From contig CP158636.1 of the NCBI GenBank assembly GCA_050273025.1, forward strand, positions 1,302,001 to 1,366,000: a DNA stretch of 64,000 bases, read 5' to 3'. Origin of the DNA: Cenococcum geophilum (Eukaryota). A program made the position numbers and the translations under genes. Each line of letters begins with the position of its first letter. Within the stretch, counting starts at the first letter, position 1. Below, piece after piece: positions 37,501 to 51,500 of the stretch. The notes under the pieces are model-generated. The model saw nothing but the letters and a program-made list of their open reading frames with translations. It was not told where the DNA came from and did no database searches.

Positions 37501-40500
37501 CTATAAACAAAAGGCAAGGAGCTTCTTTATAGATTAGAGAATCTGTAGTATAAATAGTAGTTAGATTAAAAGATAGATATATAGACCTAGAAGACTTACT
37601 AGAAGAATATAGTATTTAACCTAAAGATTAAAAAGTTAATACGGCGATTAAGAAGTAAGAGAACTTTAAGGATCTAGTTATAAAACGCAAACGATAAGAA
37701 ACTATAGATAAGTTTAAAGCAAGAATCCTTATATAGTAAGAAAAGAAACTAGACGAGAGATCTAGTATATTAGGACGTATAAAGGATAGAGCACCTATAT
37801 AAAGAATTACTAATAGGCCAAGAATAGGCATACTAAGAGCTAAGTGGCTTACTAAACTAGAAAATGAAGAGGATCTAGGGATTTTAACTAGGTTCGAAGA
37901 ATAACACATAAAGAGCTATTACGACGTAGTAATAAGAAAATACTTCCTTACGGATAGACTGTATATACTCTAACAGCTATACTAAAAGTAGTATAGGCAA
38001 CGATATAATGATAAGTGGGAAGATTTCTATATGTAGTTGGATAAAAAAGTTATTTAAGACCACCTAATTACAGAAAAGGCTATAACTTATATTAAAGGAG
38101 CCTTAATTATAACGTTAAAGGATCTAGAGGAATAATTAGAGGACTAAAGAAGCGAGAGACGTATCTTAGTACCCGTAAATAAAGCCGTAACGTTTAGATT
38201 AGTATAATAAAGGTTTAAACTTAAGGATAAAGACAAGCTAAGAGTTAACCTAAAGCACCTGGCACACTATATGCTATTATAGATTGCATATATAGATAAC
38301 ATATACAAAATGCATAAGAATCTGAAGGAAAAGAATTGGAAATACCCTATAAGGATATACTAGATAACAAATAAATAATAGTATAGGAATGCTAAGTATA
38401 TACACAGCTAGTATCTAGCAGAAGTCTAAAAGGAAGGAGATTTAATACTTTAACCAGAAAGATTCCTTACGGAAGAATACTTAGACAGATAATAGTGGTA
38501 GGAATACCTAGAAAATACGTATCTATAGTATATTAAAGACAAGAAACGAACTAGGCATTGGCTAAAAAATAAGCTAAGCGCGATAGGATTAAGCAGCCAA
38601 TAGTTAGGAAAAGTAGAGGCCTATAGGACTAGAGGGAGCTAGTAGTAGAGCCTTAAACCCTTAAAGGAATTTAAGGACAACACCTAAATTTAAAAATTAA
38701 TTGGTAAGATTATTAGTTTAAAGCATTAGTAGATAGTGGAGTAATACGAAACCATATCTTACTAATAGTAGTTAAAAGGATGGGGCTACTACACAGATAA
38801 AAGGAGTACCCTTACCTATTAGTAACAATTTTAGGAGATCCGATAGCCTACGGAGGAGGTATTATTAATCTCAAAATAGGACTAATTTAGATAACTATTA
38901 AAGGGAGATAAGTTAAAATATCTTTTAATATATTACTATTAGGGAATAATAAGGCAATATTAGGAATGCCTTAGTTACAGGAATATAATCTAAAGATTAA
39001 TTGGGTTATAGGTTAAGTTAATATTAGAAATACTTAACGCTATAAAATGCGATAATAAACTAAGTTAGTATAGTACTAAGTTGGAGCGATATATAAGAAG
39101 ACTAATTAGGGATTAAGTTATGTACTAAAGAGATACTATAAGTATGGCAAGAAGCTATAGTTACTAAAAAGTAAAAAGCTGTTAGAATATATAGTATAGG
39201 ACTATAAGATAGAGTTAGAACTAAGAATAAGTCTAAGGTTCTACCTAACTTATAAGTTAATAGAAAAAGAGTTATAGGCACTTAAGGAGTTTATCTAGGA
39301 AAATCTTCAAAAGGGATATATTAGACTATTACAGTTATTAGTAGGATATCCAGTACTATTCGTACTAAAGAAGAATAGAAAACTTAGGCTATGCATTAAC
39401 TACAGATAGTTAAACAGCATTACTTAGAAGGATAGGTATCCTTTACCCTTAATTAGCGAAATCTAAAATAGGTTTAGTAATACGCGAATCTTTACAAAGA
39501 TAGATCTGAGATAGGCGTACTATTAAATTAGGATTAAAGAAGGTAACAAATAAAAAACAGCCTTTAGGTTAAAGGAAGGACTATATAAACCACTAGTTAT
39601 ACAATTCGGGCTTATAAATATACTAGTAACGTTTTAGAAGCGTATTAACAATATATTAAGAGAACACTTAGATAAATTTGTTATAGTATATCTTAATAAT
39701 ATTATCATCTACTTAATAAATAAGGAAGAATATAGAGAACACGTTAAATAGGTTTTAAAGAGACTATAAGAAGAATAGATGCTAGTAGCAATTAAGAAAT
39801 GCGAGTTCTTTACTAGAAAGACTAATTTTGTTAGATTTATTATTAAACTAGGCCAACTTAGTATAGATCTAAAGAAGATTAAGGCTATAGTAAATTGGTA
39901 AGAACTAAAAAATGTAACGCAGTTAAGGTTATTTCTAGGGTTCTGCAATTACTGTAGGAGGTTTATAGCTTAATAGTTAAAGGATATTAAGCTATTTATA
40001 AGATTGATAAAGAAAGAAGAACTATAGGTATAGGGAGAGGAATAAAAGGAACTGTTTAAGAAGATTAAATAGTTATTTACCTAGGAGCTAGTTCTTAAGA
40101 TCTATTAACTACAGTTAGAGATAGTGGTTAAGATAAATATATTAGACTATATACTAGGAGCGTGCTTCCTATAGAAATACTAAGATAGATGGCACCTAGT
40201 AGTATACTATAGTTAAAAGATAACACTACCGGAACTAAACTATAACATCTATAACAAGGAGTTATTAGGTATAGTTATAGCACTAAAGGAATAGAGGTTA
40301 TTCTTATAAGGTATAGAGGAACTATTTATAGTTAAGACGGATTATAAGAACCTAATAGGGTTCCTAATAACGAAAGAACTTAATTATAGATAGGTTAGAT
40401 AGGCGGAGATGCTTACAGAATACTATTTTAAGATTTAGTATATTAAGGGTATAGAGAATACACGAGCGGATGCTTTAAGTAGAAAGGCTAAACTATAAAA

Positions 40501-41969
40501 TAATAAAAAGCTATTAGGGGCTTTACTGCGGAAGGATATAGATAGATTGATTAGGTATAATTATTTAAAGATTATAGTAATATAAGAAGAGAAGATCTAT
40601 AAATTACTAGAGAGTAATTGGATATAAAAAATCCTAAAAGTATAAGAGTAAGATCTAAACTCGGAGTAGTATAAAAATTAAAAAAATGACGTATATACTA
40701 AGATCTATTATAAGGGAGTTTATTAAGTTATTTTATAAAGGACTAACTTAAGGACATAACGGAGCTATAGGCTTAGTGTTAAGACTTTAAGAGGAGTATA
40801 TTATTAATGGAATCTAGGGACTAGCTAGGTAAGTTATAAAAGAATATTTAGATTGCTAAAGGAATAAACTAATAAGGTATAAGCTATATAGAGGGCTATA
40901 ACTAGTTAAAATACCAGAGAGACTATAGGAGGTTATATTATAGGACTTTATTATAAAGTTACTAAAGTTAAGAGATCCTATTACTAGATAAGATTATAAT
41001 ATAATTTTAGTAATAGTGGACAAGCTTATAAAGTGGGGATACTTTATAGCATATATAGAAGAAATATTAGCGGAAAATGTCGCTAGAATTTATATTAAAG
41101 AAGTATTTATAAGATATGGAGCACTAAGTAAAATTATATTAGATAGAGACCTAAGATTCATAGCAGTATTCTAGGAAGTATTCTTAGTAGAGTAAGGAGT
41201 TTAAGTAGTAACTTCTACCGTATATTATCTATAGATAGACGGTTAAACGGAAAGATTAAATTAGACACTAAAACAGTATTTAAGGCATTATATTAATTAT
41301 GCATAGAATAATTAGGTATTGCTATTACTAGTTATATAATTCGCATATAATATAATACTATAAAAAGGAATATGCATATTACTATTTAAGGCGAATTATG
41401 GATATAAGCTAAGGACCTTATTATTACTATATTAAGTAAAGAAGATAAGTAGTATAGCTAAGTAAAGAATAAAGAGTTTAATAAATCTTTATATAGACCT
41501 TATAGAAATAGCTAAAGTAGTATAGTAAAGAATAAAAAAGTACTACGATACTAAGAGATCTGAGGGACTAGATCTTAAGGAGGGAGATAAAGTGTAGCTA
41601 TTATACAAAAATTTTAAGAGTTAATAATTAAGTAAGAAGTTGGACTACGTTAGACTAAAACCCTTTAAAATTAAGTAGAAAATTTTATTGGTTATATTTA
41701 AGTTAAATTTACTAGCTAGGATAAAGATCTACCCTATATAGTATATTATAATACTAAAGCTAGTATACGGGAATGTTAAGCTACTGGTTTATAAAGTAGA
41801 TATATATAAAGGATAAGAGAAAGACAAATAGTAAGTTTTAAAGGTCGTTAGTTATAAGGACGTAGACGATAAAATATAATATAAAGTAAAGTAAATAGGC
41901 TATAATGAGACTACCTAGAAACTACTAAAAAACCTAAAGAACGCTATAAGAAAGGTATAGGAGTATTAG

Positions 41970-42598
41970 AAGATAAAAGGTTAGGCAATATTAATAAAGA
42001 TAAATTGCTAAAGAATAAGTTACCTAAGGGGGACCTAGAAAGAGCGACTGCTAAACTACTTAGAGTTATTTCCTTCTTTATTAGAAGAGAATCCGTTTTT
42101 TTATTACTAAGTTCCTGTAAATCTTATTTTATAAGTTTCCACTTCTTAAAATAAACCTTCTTACGAACTTTCTTAAGATAAAGTAGATAGGTAGATACCG
42201 CAATATAGGTATTTAGGGCCTTCTATTCCGTATTTTAAAAATACTTAAACTTTACAAGGGCTTATACTAGGTTACTATTAAGCTTTATAGTAGTAGATTA
42301 AATACAAAACCCTATAACAAATTACTTAGGGAACTTAAAGACTATTTAGAATAATAAAACGCGTATATTTAGCATTAGACGCAGAACAAACGTTATATAA
42401 TAAACGTATATTAGTATAAGTGCATTTAGAACAAGAGGAGGGTTAGCAACCGAAAGGACTCGCGATTACAACGTAACTTAACCCCTCTTTCGTATAACGG
42501 GAGTAAGGAATTGCTATCGCTTTACCTAATAACAATATTAAAGAAACGGTACAAAGGCGACGCTCAACCTAGGAAAGGGAAGAAGGTGCTTTAGGTAT
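41970..42598 (-). pseudogene. Antisense Zn2Cys6/coiled-coil gene of A3
   Basis: Minus strand PYSRYTKEGLSYVVIASPFGC*PSSCSKCTYTNIRLLYN; Cys4 and Cys5 are still TGT/TGC. Confidence 0.7.
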
Positions 42599-45500
42599 TA
42601 TAAGTAATAATATTAACTAAATTAATTAGACGGATATTATACCTCTAGTAAACAACTTAGAGATGCTAGGTATCTTTAAGGATAAAGATAAAGAGGAGGG
42701 AGATAGTATTATAAACGCTTTAAGTACAATGTTATAACTACTTAGAGAAGAGTTAGAAGAAGCTAGTTGGTTAATATAAGTACGGTCTAGGATAAAACCT
42801 ATAGAACTATATAATGAGGAATAGTAAGCGAGTCACATAATAATTAAACGCGTTAGCTGTATTAAACGTAAAGGACGCTATGTTTAATATAGATAATACA
42901 TATATTACGTATAAGAAGGATTTTATAGGAGTACGGTTGTGTATTTAAGGACCCTTAGTCCCTACCTAGATAGTTCCTTCCTTATAGTAATTCTCAGAAT
43001 ATAATTAGAGTTAATCTATTAGGCAACTACTCTACCAGTTATTATTACATTGTTAACTACTATCTTTGCATTTCCTACACACCTAGCCTATTGATAGAAC
43101 CTATTGTAGTTCCTGCTATAAGGTTCCGTTACATCTTAACGATTAAATCTTATCGCGATTAGATCCGATTATGGTCTTATTAATAAGAATTCTAGAATCG
43201 CGATAATTAAATCGCGATTGCGATTATTCTTGGCATTCCTATAATAAAATTCCAACCCTAATATCCTTATATTTTAAGTTCTATTCGTATAAAATGGCTT
43301 CTAACTTAGATTTATCCCTTTTTACTTTATTAATTACATCCTTAAGAACCTAATACTCTCGTAAAAAGATATCTTTAGTTTATAAATATTGCTATAACCC
43401 ATATAAGGATAAACTAAAGAAAAAGAACGGGCGGTTATTATACTACTATAGGATCTGTCTAGACAAAATAGAAGAGAACGGTTATCCCTTAATAACTAAC
43501 CTTTGGAACCATCTTTTTAGCAAGCATTAAATTAAATATAATACTCGGGAAAATTGTATAAAAGGAGAAACATATTAACGGCTTGCTAAACTCTATACTA
43601 AAGTAATAGAGTTAGACGTTTGTATAACTAAGATTAAATCTATAGTCCTAAAGAAGATCCTAAATAAGGATATTCTAAACCAGGTACTTATAAATTTAAT
43701 TATTGTATAAAACCTCCCCTTTAGTATAGTACAATGGCTAGAATTATATGTTCTCTATAGAGCTTTAAATCCAGAATTAATTAAGCCTAGTATCCTTCCA
43801 ATAGCGCCTGCAATAGTTATTTTATATATTAAGGAATTATTTATAGACCAGAAGGATGTTATACGAAAGAAGCTATAGTTAGCCCTTACTTAGATTTATA
43901 TCTTAATTAATATCTAGATATCTCTAAATAATTACCTCCTTCTTATAATCTGTGTTTACTTTATAGACGACTAAGAAGAGCTAAAAAAATCTCTTCTTAC
44001 TCTTTATACGGTTTTAAAATATAGTGGAGATAACTAATAGGATACTCTTTTTTTAGTTCTCTAGGAATACGGGATTATATATAAACTTAAAGCTTTTATT
44101 ACGGATAATTCTGGAATAAACAACACTCTCTATTATACAATCTCTAATTTTATAGCTCTTTAGAATATTTATTAGGATCTATCTATTTAACGAATTTGTT
44201 GCTAAGGGCATATTATTAACCTTACTATTTAGGACTTTCTTTTTTAAGGAGTAATTAATATTTCTATAATTAAGTTATATAAAGAAGATGAGATAAACGG
44301 AATAGATCTTAATAAGAAGGAAAGAAAAAAGAAAGAGCAGACTTTTTAAGCCATAGGAGTACTTAAAAGGCTCTATAATATCGCCATCTATAGCCGTACT
44401 TTTGCGGGTTATACGGCTAAGTTTAAGCAAATTGTTAGAAGGATAATTCCGCTAGATAATTATACGAGATAGAATTCCTAGTTTAGCCTTCTTAATATAG
44501 CGCTTAAAGTGGAGTTAAAAGTTAATAAGTACGTAAAGAAGAACCTAAAATCTCTTAAGGATAATATACTTTTGCTATAGGACTGGGTAAACCTTTATAC
44601 GATCTACTCCTTTCTAAAACTTTTTTATTAAGCGACCCTTAAAACATAATGTATAATTATAGCACCTATCGTACTAACCGCGTACCTACGCGTTCGGTAC
44701 GCCAGGCACGCGTTTGCGCGTTCGGTGCACTAACCACTCGCTTACGCGTTTGGTGCACTTATAAAGCACTAACTAATTAGGGGGAGGACGCATTAGTATA
44801 TAGACTACGTAGTCTACTTAAATACAAGAGACAGTTACTACCATCCTAAAGAGCATACGATACTATACGTATTTCGTGCCCCAGGATATAACTTACTTAT
44901 ACTATTAAGTTAGTATAAATACTGATTAGTAAGCGCGCACAGATCAGCAATTACTTAATACCTCCCTTAAGCGATACACGATAGCGACTACCCGTTTAGA
45001 CTCCTAGTACGACCTACTAGAAGGTCGGAAGTTAGGGATTACGGACTTATCTCTAACTCTGTATACTTATTTAAGTCTTAGTACGGTTTACTAGAAGTTT
45101 ATAGATATAAATATAGACCTTTACAGAACCCCCTATCCTTAACCCCCTTAAACCTTAAACCTCTTTAGACCTTACGGAAACCCCCTACCCTTCTACAAAC
45201 CGTTACGGACCCGTTAATTGCCTTTACGGACTACTATAAGACCTCTTAAACTGTTACGGACCCGCTAATTAATTTTACGGACCATTATAAGACCTCCTCT
45301 ACCCGCTATAAGCTACTACTACCTACTACAGCTTATATAAATATACTACGCTATATAATATAGCAGATATAACTAAGCAAATTAGTAAAGGCCAAAAGAA
45401 GTGGAGTTAGGGAGTCGACCTTACGTCTACGGACGGCGTTAACAACTATATTAATTTTAAAATCCTTAAATACGGACACTATAAGCTTCTAAATAACGAC

Positions 45501-48500
45501 CTATAGGAGCAATATAAGGAAGACTTTGCGGACTTTACGGAAGCTATTCTTAAGGCTTGTAACCCTACTACCATCCATAACCTACGAACCCTTTTACGTC
45601 ACTAAGGTGTATGGGTTAAAAAGGATAAATAAGTCACTATTATATGGTCCTTATATAATATAATATAGAAGGAGGACCAAACGGAATAGACTAAAGAGGA
45701 AATCCTAGACTAGGTCAAAGCCACTAATAAACTCTTTGCTTCTCCTAAACTTAATAGTATCGCTAGCCTTATACCTAACCTACTTAACCAAATTCGTCTT
45801 ATAAACCCAAGCGATTTTGGAATTAACCTTACGGACCAAAGTATACCTAGTACTAAAGTTACGGACCGCAATACCCCCGTAACCCAAATTACGGACCATA
45901 ATACCCCCGTAAATTAAATTACGGACTAAACCCCTTCTATTATTTAAGTTACAGATCCATAAACTACCTAAGTAAAGACCTACGGCAAGGAGCTAGCTAA
46001 CCTAGCTAAGCTCTATACCGACGAATCTAAGTACAGCGGTAAAAACGACAACTTTAACTTTAAACTAACTATCTTTACGGACCTCTGTTAGAAGGCTAAT
46101 ATTCCTAAATAGGAGTTCAGCTAAGCCTACTCTACTATACTATATGGCTTAGCCCTTAACCACTACTATACCAACCTTAAAAACAACCCCCTTAGTGTTC
46201 CCTTTAATAAGCTATATAAAGCCATATATAACTACTTTAAAGGACTAGAATATAAGCATAATATCCTTACCTAATAGAATGTAACTAAGTTACGGACCAT
46301 AATAGATAAGAACACTAAAAAATCGACTATAGAGTGTCTGCAAATCCTTATTAAAGACCTCCGCGACCTATAGCACGGTCTTAATATTAAGCTTTAAACG
46401 GACGACTTCCTATATAATAAACTTATTACGGCTTGCTAGGAAATGGAACCCTGTAAATACGCCTATTATAAGCCCGTAGACACTATAGCTGGCCTTATTA
46501 ACAATTTACGGTCCTCTATTATAACGTATAAAGCCTTAAACCCACTAGGTAGTACTTATGTTACGGACGCTTTAAGTATAATATTATAACTACTTGGGGA
46601 AGAGTCGGAAGAAGCTAGTTGGTTAATTTAAGTACGGTCTAGAATAGAGCCGATAGAGCTACGTAACGAGGAATAGTAACCGAGGTCATGTGACGTAATC
46701 TATATAATCTGTAGGATCTGTGTAATCCGTGACAGAGTAGATAGAGTATATATACATTACGTACAAGAAGGATTTTATAGGAGTACGGTTATATATTTAA
46801 GGACCCTTAGTCCCTATCTAGATAGTTCCTTCCTTATAGTAATTCTTAGAATACAATTAGAGTTAATCTATTAGGCAACCACTCCACTAGTTATTATTAC
46901 GTTATTAACTTTTATACTTGCATTTCCTATATACCTAGCCCAATAACGAGCCCATTGTAGTTCCTGCTATAAGGTTCTGTTACATAATTACTACCTAGTT
47001 ATAGTATTAAATATAAAAAGTTAAATAACATGCTACTAAAAGCAGCCACCACAACGCTATTAACGGCGGCAACTACTTTAAGGTTAGGTAACGACACCAA
47101 TATAGCAGACACTAACTTATAGCAACCTATAACGGTCGGACAGTTATAAGAGGTAATTAACTAGTTAATAACTAATAATATAGTATTAGAAGAAAGGGTT
47201 AATAGAATAGGAGTAGTAAAGGTTAAGCTACTATTAATTAAGAGATACTTAGGAGAGAGATTAAAGCTCAAAGGATTCCTTATATAAATGCACTTTAAGG
47301 TTATATAGGAAGGGGTAAAGCTACCAACACCTATGGATTAAATAGCCTATACAGGACTATTCCTATTAGGAAGAGCACTTAAATGGTTTAAGCTTTACCT
47401 TACAGAAATATAGGTAAATGGAATAACAACTACTAATTAGGAGGTGCGATTTATATTCTTAAGCTAGAAAGGGTTCGCAGAGCGACTTATATAAATATTT
47501 AGAGACCCAGAGGCAGTCACTATAGCAAAAAAAAAACTCTAAGACATTACGTAACGAATATTAGTAATTAAGTATATAATATAGTTCTAGACGTTAGCTA
47601 CGTAAGTTAAGTAGAATAATAGGGCGCTTATAGTATAGTATAAATAAGGACTTAAGGCTAAAATCTAGGATATAATTATCCTAATAGAAGATACGGACAC
47701 CCTAAGGGAGTTAATAGATTAAGTGATTAAGATTAACAATCGGATCTACTAAAGGGAATAGGCTAAGAGAGGCTAGGATAGAGTTCTATAGTTATATAAG
47801 ACACAGAGTACGCAATAACTAGAGCTAAATTAGAAACTATAGTATGGCGTAAAGCTAATAGACCTAAGTGGTACTAAAGAAGCCTATAAGAGATAGAGTA
47901 AGAAACTATAAAAACCTAGAGGTTAAGGATCTAGTAATTATAGAACTAAGGAGTAGAGGCTAAACTAGGGATCTTAGTAGTAAAAGATGTTTAGGCGGAC
48001 TTTATAGCAAAGTTAATGGTTTAAAGATAGAGCTTATATAAATTGCGGGAAATAAGGTTATTTCGCGAGGGATTATAAAGATAGTTAGAGTTATTATATA
48101 ATAAAGGGAATAAGACTACTGGTAGATAACATATATATATAAAGGGATAATAGTATACTACAAGGAACAAAGGAATATTTAATTAGAAGTTTCGCGTTTT
48201 GTTATAATAACGTATACTAAATTTATAAAGACGCTAAGTACGGCGCAAGCTATTAGCTATAAGAGCCAAAATCTATAGAGTATAAAGGAACTAACGAACC
48301 AGTTCGTAGATTGGATATTAAGGACAATAAATTTAACATAGGCAAAATATTTCGTGATAATAAGGCAATAGAGGCGGTTTACTAGGAACACGCAGCTATT
48401 AGAGATATTATACTAAAGGTAGAGGATGATTCCACTATAGAATAGGGAATATTAGTAGGGATTAAGACCCTACTAAATACGATATCTATCGCTTTATAAG

Positions 48501-51500
48501 ACGCAAGAGAAGTAGGACAGTGAACCACTTCGGCACTTAATAAAGGTAAAAGGCCAAAGGCTTAAGATTCTTAAGATGAGATAAAAGACGACTAAGATTC
48601 TTAAGACGAGATAAGGTATACCTAAGGACCCATAATAGACAGAAACCGATGGAGTAGGGCAGTAGCTTAGTTTAAAGATATATAAATAAGCTTGAGATAG
48701 AGTTTCCCATAGGCATAAGACTCTTAAGACGAGATAAGAATACCTAAGCCTAGTTGGACTAAGGTAGGAGTAAGGCTTAAGTTAAAAGTAAGCTTAGGAT
48801 TAAAGAATCTAAGGGACTAAGAATTTGGAGTACGAATTAGGACACCTATAAGTAAAAGGCAAGCAGCTTCTTTATAGATTAGAGAATCTATAGCGTAAAT
48901 AGTAGTTAGACTAGGAGACCGGTATATAGACCCAGAGGACTTACTAGGAGAACGTAGTGTTTAGCCTAAAGATCGAAATGTCAATACTAAGATTAAGAAG
49001 TACGAGCACTTTAAGGATTAATTTATAAGACGTAAACTGAAAGAAACCATAGAAGAATTTAGGCAAAGAATTATTGCATAGCAAGATTAGAAACTAGATA
49101 AGAGATTTAGCATACTAGGTTGTATAAGGGATAGAGCACCTATATAAAGAATTACCAATAGACTTAGAATAGGTATACTAAGAGCTAAGTGGCTTATTAA
49201 ACTGGAATAAGAAGAAGATCTAGGGATTCTAACTAGGTTTAAGGAACGATATATAAAAGGCTATTATAATATAGTAATAAGAAGATACTTCTTTACGGAC
49301 AAGCCGTATACACTCTAGTAGCTATACTAAAAGTAGTATAGGCAACAACACAATAATAAGTGGGAAGATTTCTATATGTGGTTGGATAAGAAAGTTATCT
49401 AAGACCACCTAATTATAGAAAAGGCTATAAGTCATATTAAAGGAGCCTTAATTATAATATTAAAGGATCTAAAGGAGTAATTATAGGACTAGAGAAGCAA
49501 GAGGTAAATTATAGTACCTATAAATAAAGTCGCAACGCTTAAACCAATATAAGAGAGGTTTAAACTTAGGGATGAAGATAAGCTAAGAGTTAACCTAAGA
49601 CACTAAGTATATTATACATTAGTATAGATTATATGCGTAGATAATACGTATAATATATATAGAGCACTAAAAGATAAGAACTAGAAGTACCTAGTAAGGA
49701 TATACTAGTTATTAGACGAGGCGAAATATTAAAACGCTAGGTATATATATAGTTAGTACCTAGTAGAAGTATAAGCCTAAGGGGACTTAACACTTTAACT
49801 AGGGAGATTCCTTACGGAAGAATACCTAGACGGACAATAGTGGTGGAAATGCCCAGAAAATATGTGTTTATGGCATATTAAAGATAAAAAGCGAACTAAG
49901 TATTAGCTAAAAGTGGACTAAGTATAAATAGGATTAAGTAGCTAATAGTTAGGAAAAGTAGAGGCTTACGGGACTAGAGGGAACTAGTAGTAGAGCCTTA
50001 AACCCTTAAAGGAATTTAAGGATAATACCTAAATTTACAAGTAAAGTGGCAAGATTAACAGTTTAAGGCGTTAATAGATAGTGGAGTAATAAGGAACCAC
50101 ATCTTACTAGCAGCAGTTAAAAAAATGGGATTACTACACAGGAAAAAGGAGTATTCTTACCTATTAGTAATAATTTTAGGAGATCTAATAGCCTATGGAG
50201 GAGGCATTATTAATCTTAAAATAGAACCTATTTAGTTAACTATTAAAGGGAGATAGATTAAGATATCTTTTAATATATTACTATTAGGGAATAATAAGGC
50301 AGTACTAGGAATGCCTTAGTTACAGGAATACAATCTAAAAATTAATTGGATTATAGGTTAGGTCGATATTAGAGATACTTAACGCCGCAAGATATAATAA
50401 TAAGCTAAGTTAGTATAGTACTAAGTTAGAGCGATATATAAAGAGACTAAGTAAGGCTTAAGTTACGTATTAAAAAGATACTATAAGTATAGTAAAAAAC
50501 TATAGTTACTAGAGAGTAAGAAGCTATTAGAGTATATAGCGTAGGACTATAAGATAGAGTTAGAACTAGGAATAAGTCTAAAGTTTTTTTTAATCTATAA
50601 GCTTACCGAAGAGGAAGGTAGAGTATTAAAAGAGTTTATTTAGGAAAATCTATAAAAGGGATATATTAGACCATCGCAGTTATTAGCAAGATATTTAGTA
50701 CTATTTATACTAAAGAAGAATAGTAAATTAAGGCTATGTATTAACTATAGACAGTTAAATAGTATTACTAAAAAGGATAGGTATCCTTTACCCTTAATTA
50801 GCGAAATCTAAGATAGGATAGGTAACGCGCAAATCTTTACAAAGATAGATCTAAGGTAGGTGTACCACCAGATTAGGATTAAGGAAGGCAATAAATAGAA
50901 GGCAGCCTTTAGGTTAAAGAAAGGACTATATAAACTATTAGTTATATAATTCGGACTTATAAACGTACTAGTAACGTTTTAGAAGCGTATTAATAATATA
51001 TTAAAAGAATACTTAGATGAATTTATTATGGTATATCTTAACGATATTATTATCTACTTAATAACTAAGGAAGAACACGGAGAATACGTTAAATGGGTTT
51101 TAAAGAGACTATAAGAAGAACAGATACTAGTAGCAATTAAGAAATGCGAGTTCTTTACTAGGAAGACCGATTTCATTAGATTTATTATTAAACTAGGCTA
51201 ACTTAGCATAGATCTAAAGAAGATTAAGGCTATAGTAAATTAGTAAGAATTAGAGAACGTTACGCAGTTAAGATCGTTTTTAGGGTTTTGCAATTACTAT
51301 AGAAGGTTTATAGCGTAATAGTTAAAAGATATTAAACCATTTACGCGATTAACGAAGAAAGAAGAACTATAGGTATAGGGAGAGGAATAGAGAAAATTAT
51401 TTAAAAAAGTTAAAAGATTGTTTACCTAGAAGCTAGTTCTTAAAATTTATTAACTAGGACTAGAGACGGTTATAGAGACGGATATATTAGACTTTATACT

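Larger units (their letters stand above)
34853..43133 (+). mobile_element. Ty3/Gypsy family A, copy A3 (inserted 11 bp inside the hAT terminus)
   Basis: 427-bp LTRs at 34853-35279 and 42707-43133; TSD TCTTA (34848-34852 / 43134-43138); gag ATG 35326; RT VYLNNII ~39686; chromodomain ~41830-41945. Confidence 0.95.

Noticed and set aside
32618..39948. ORFs 32618-32890, 37628-37909 and 39709-39948
   Set aside because: Antisense to gag/pol of D and A3; chance open frames.
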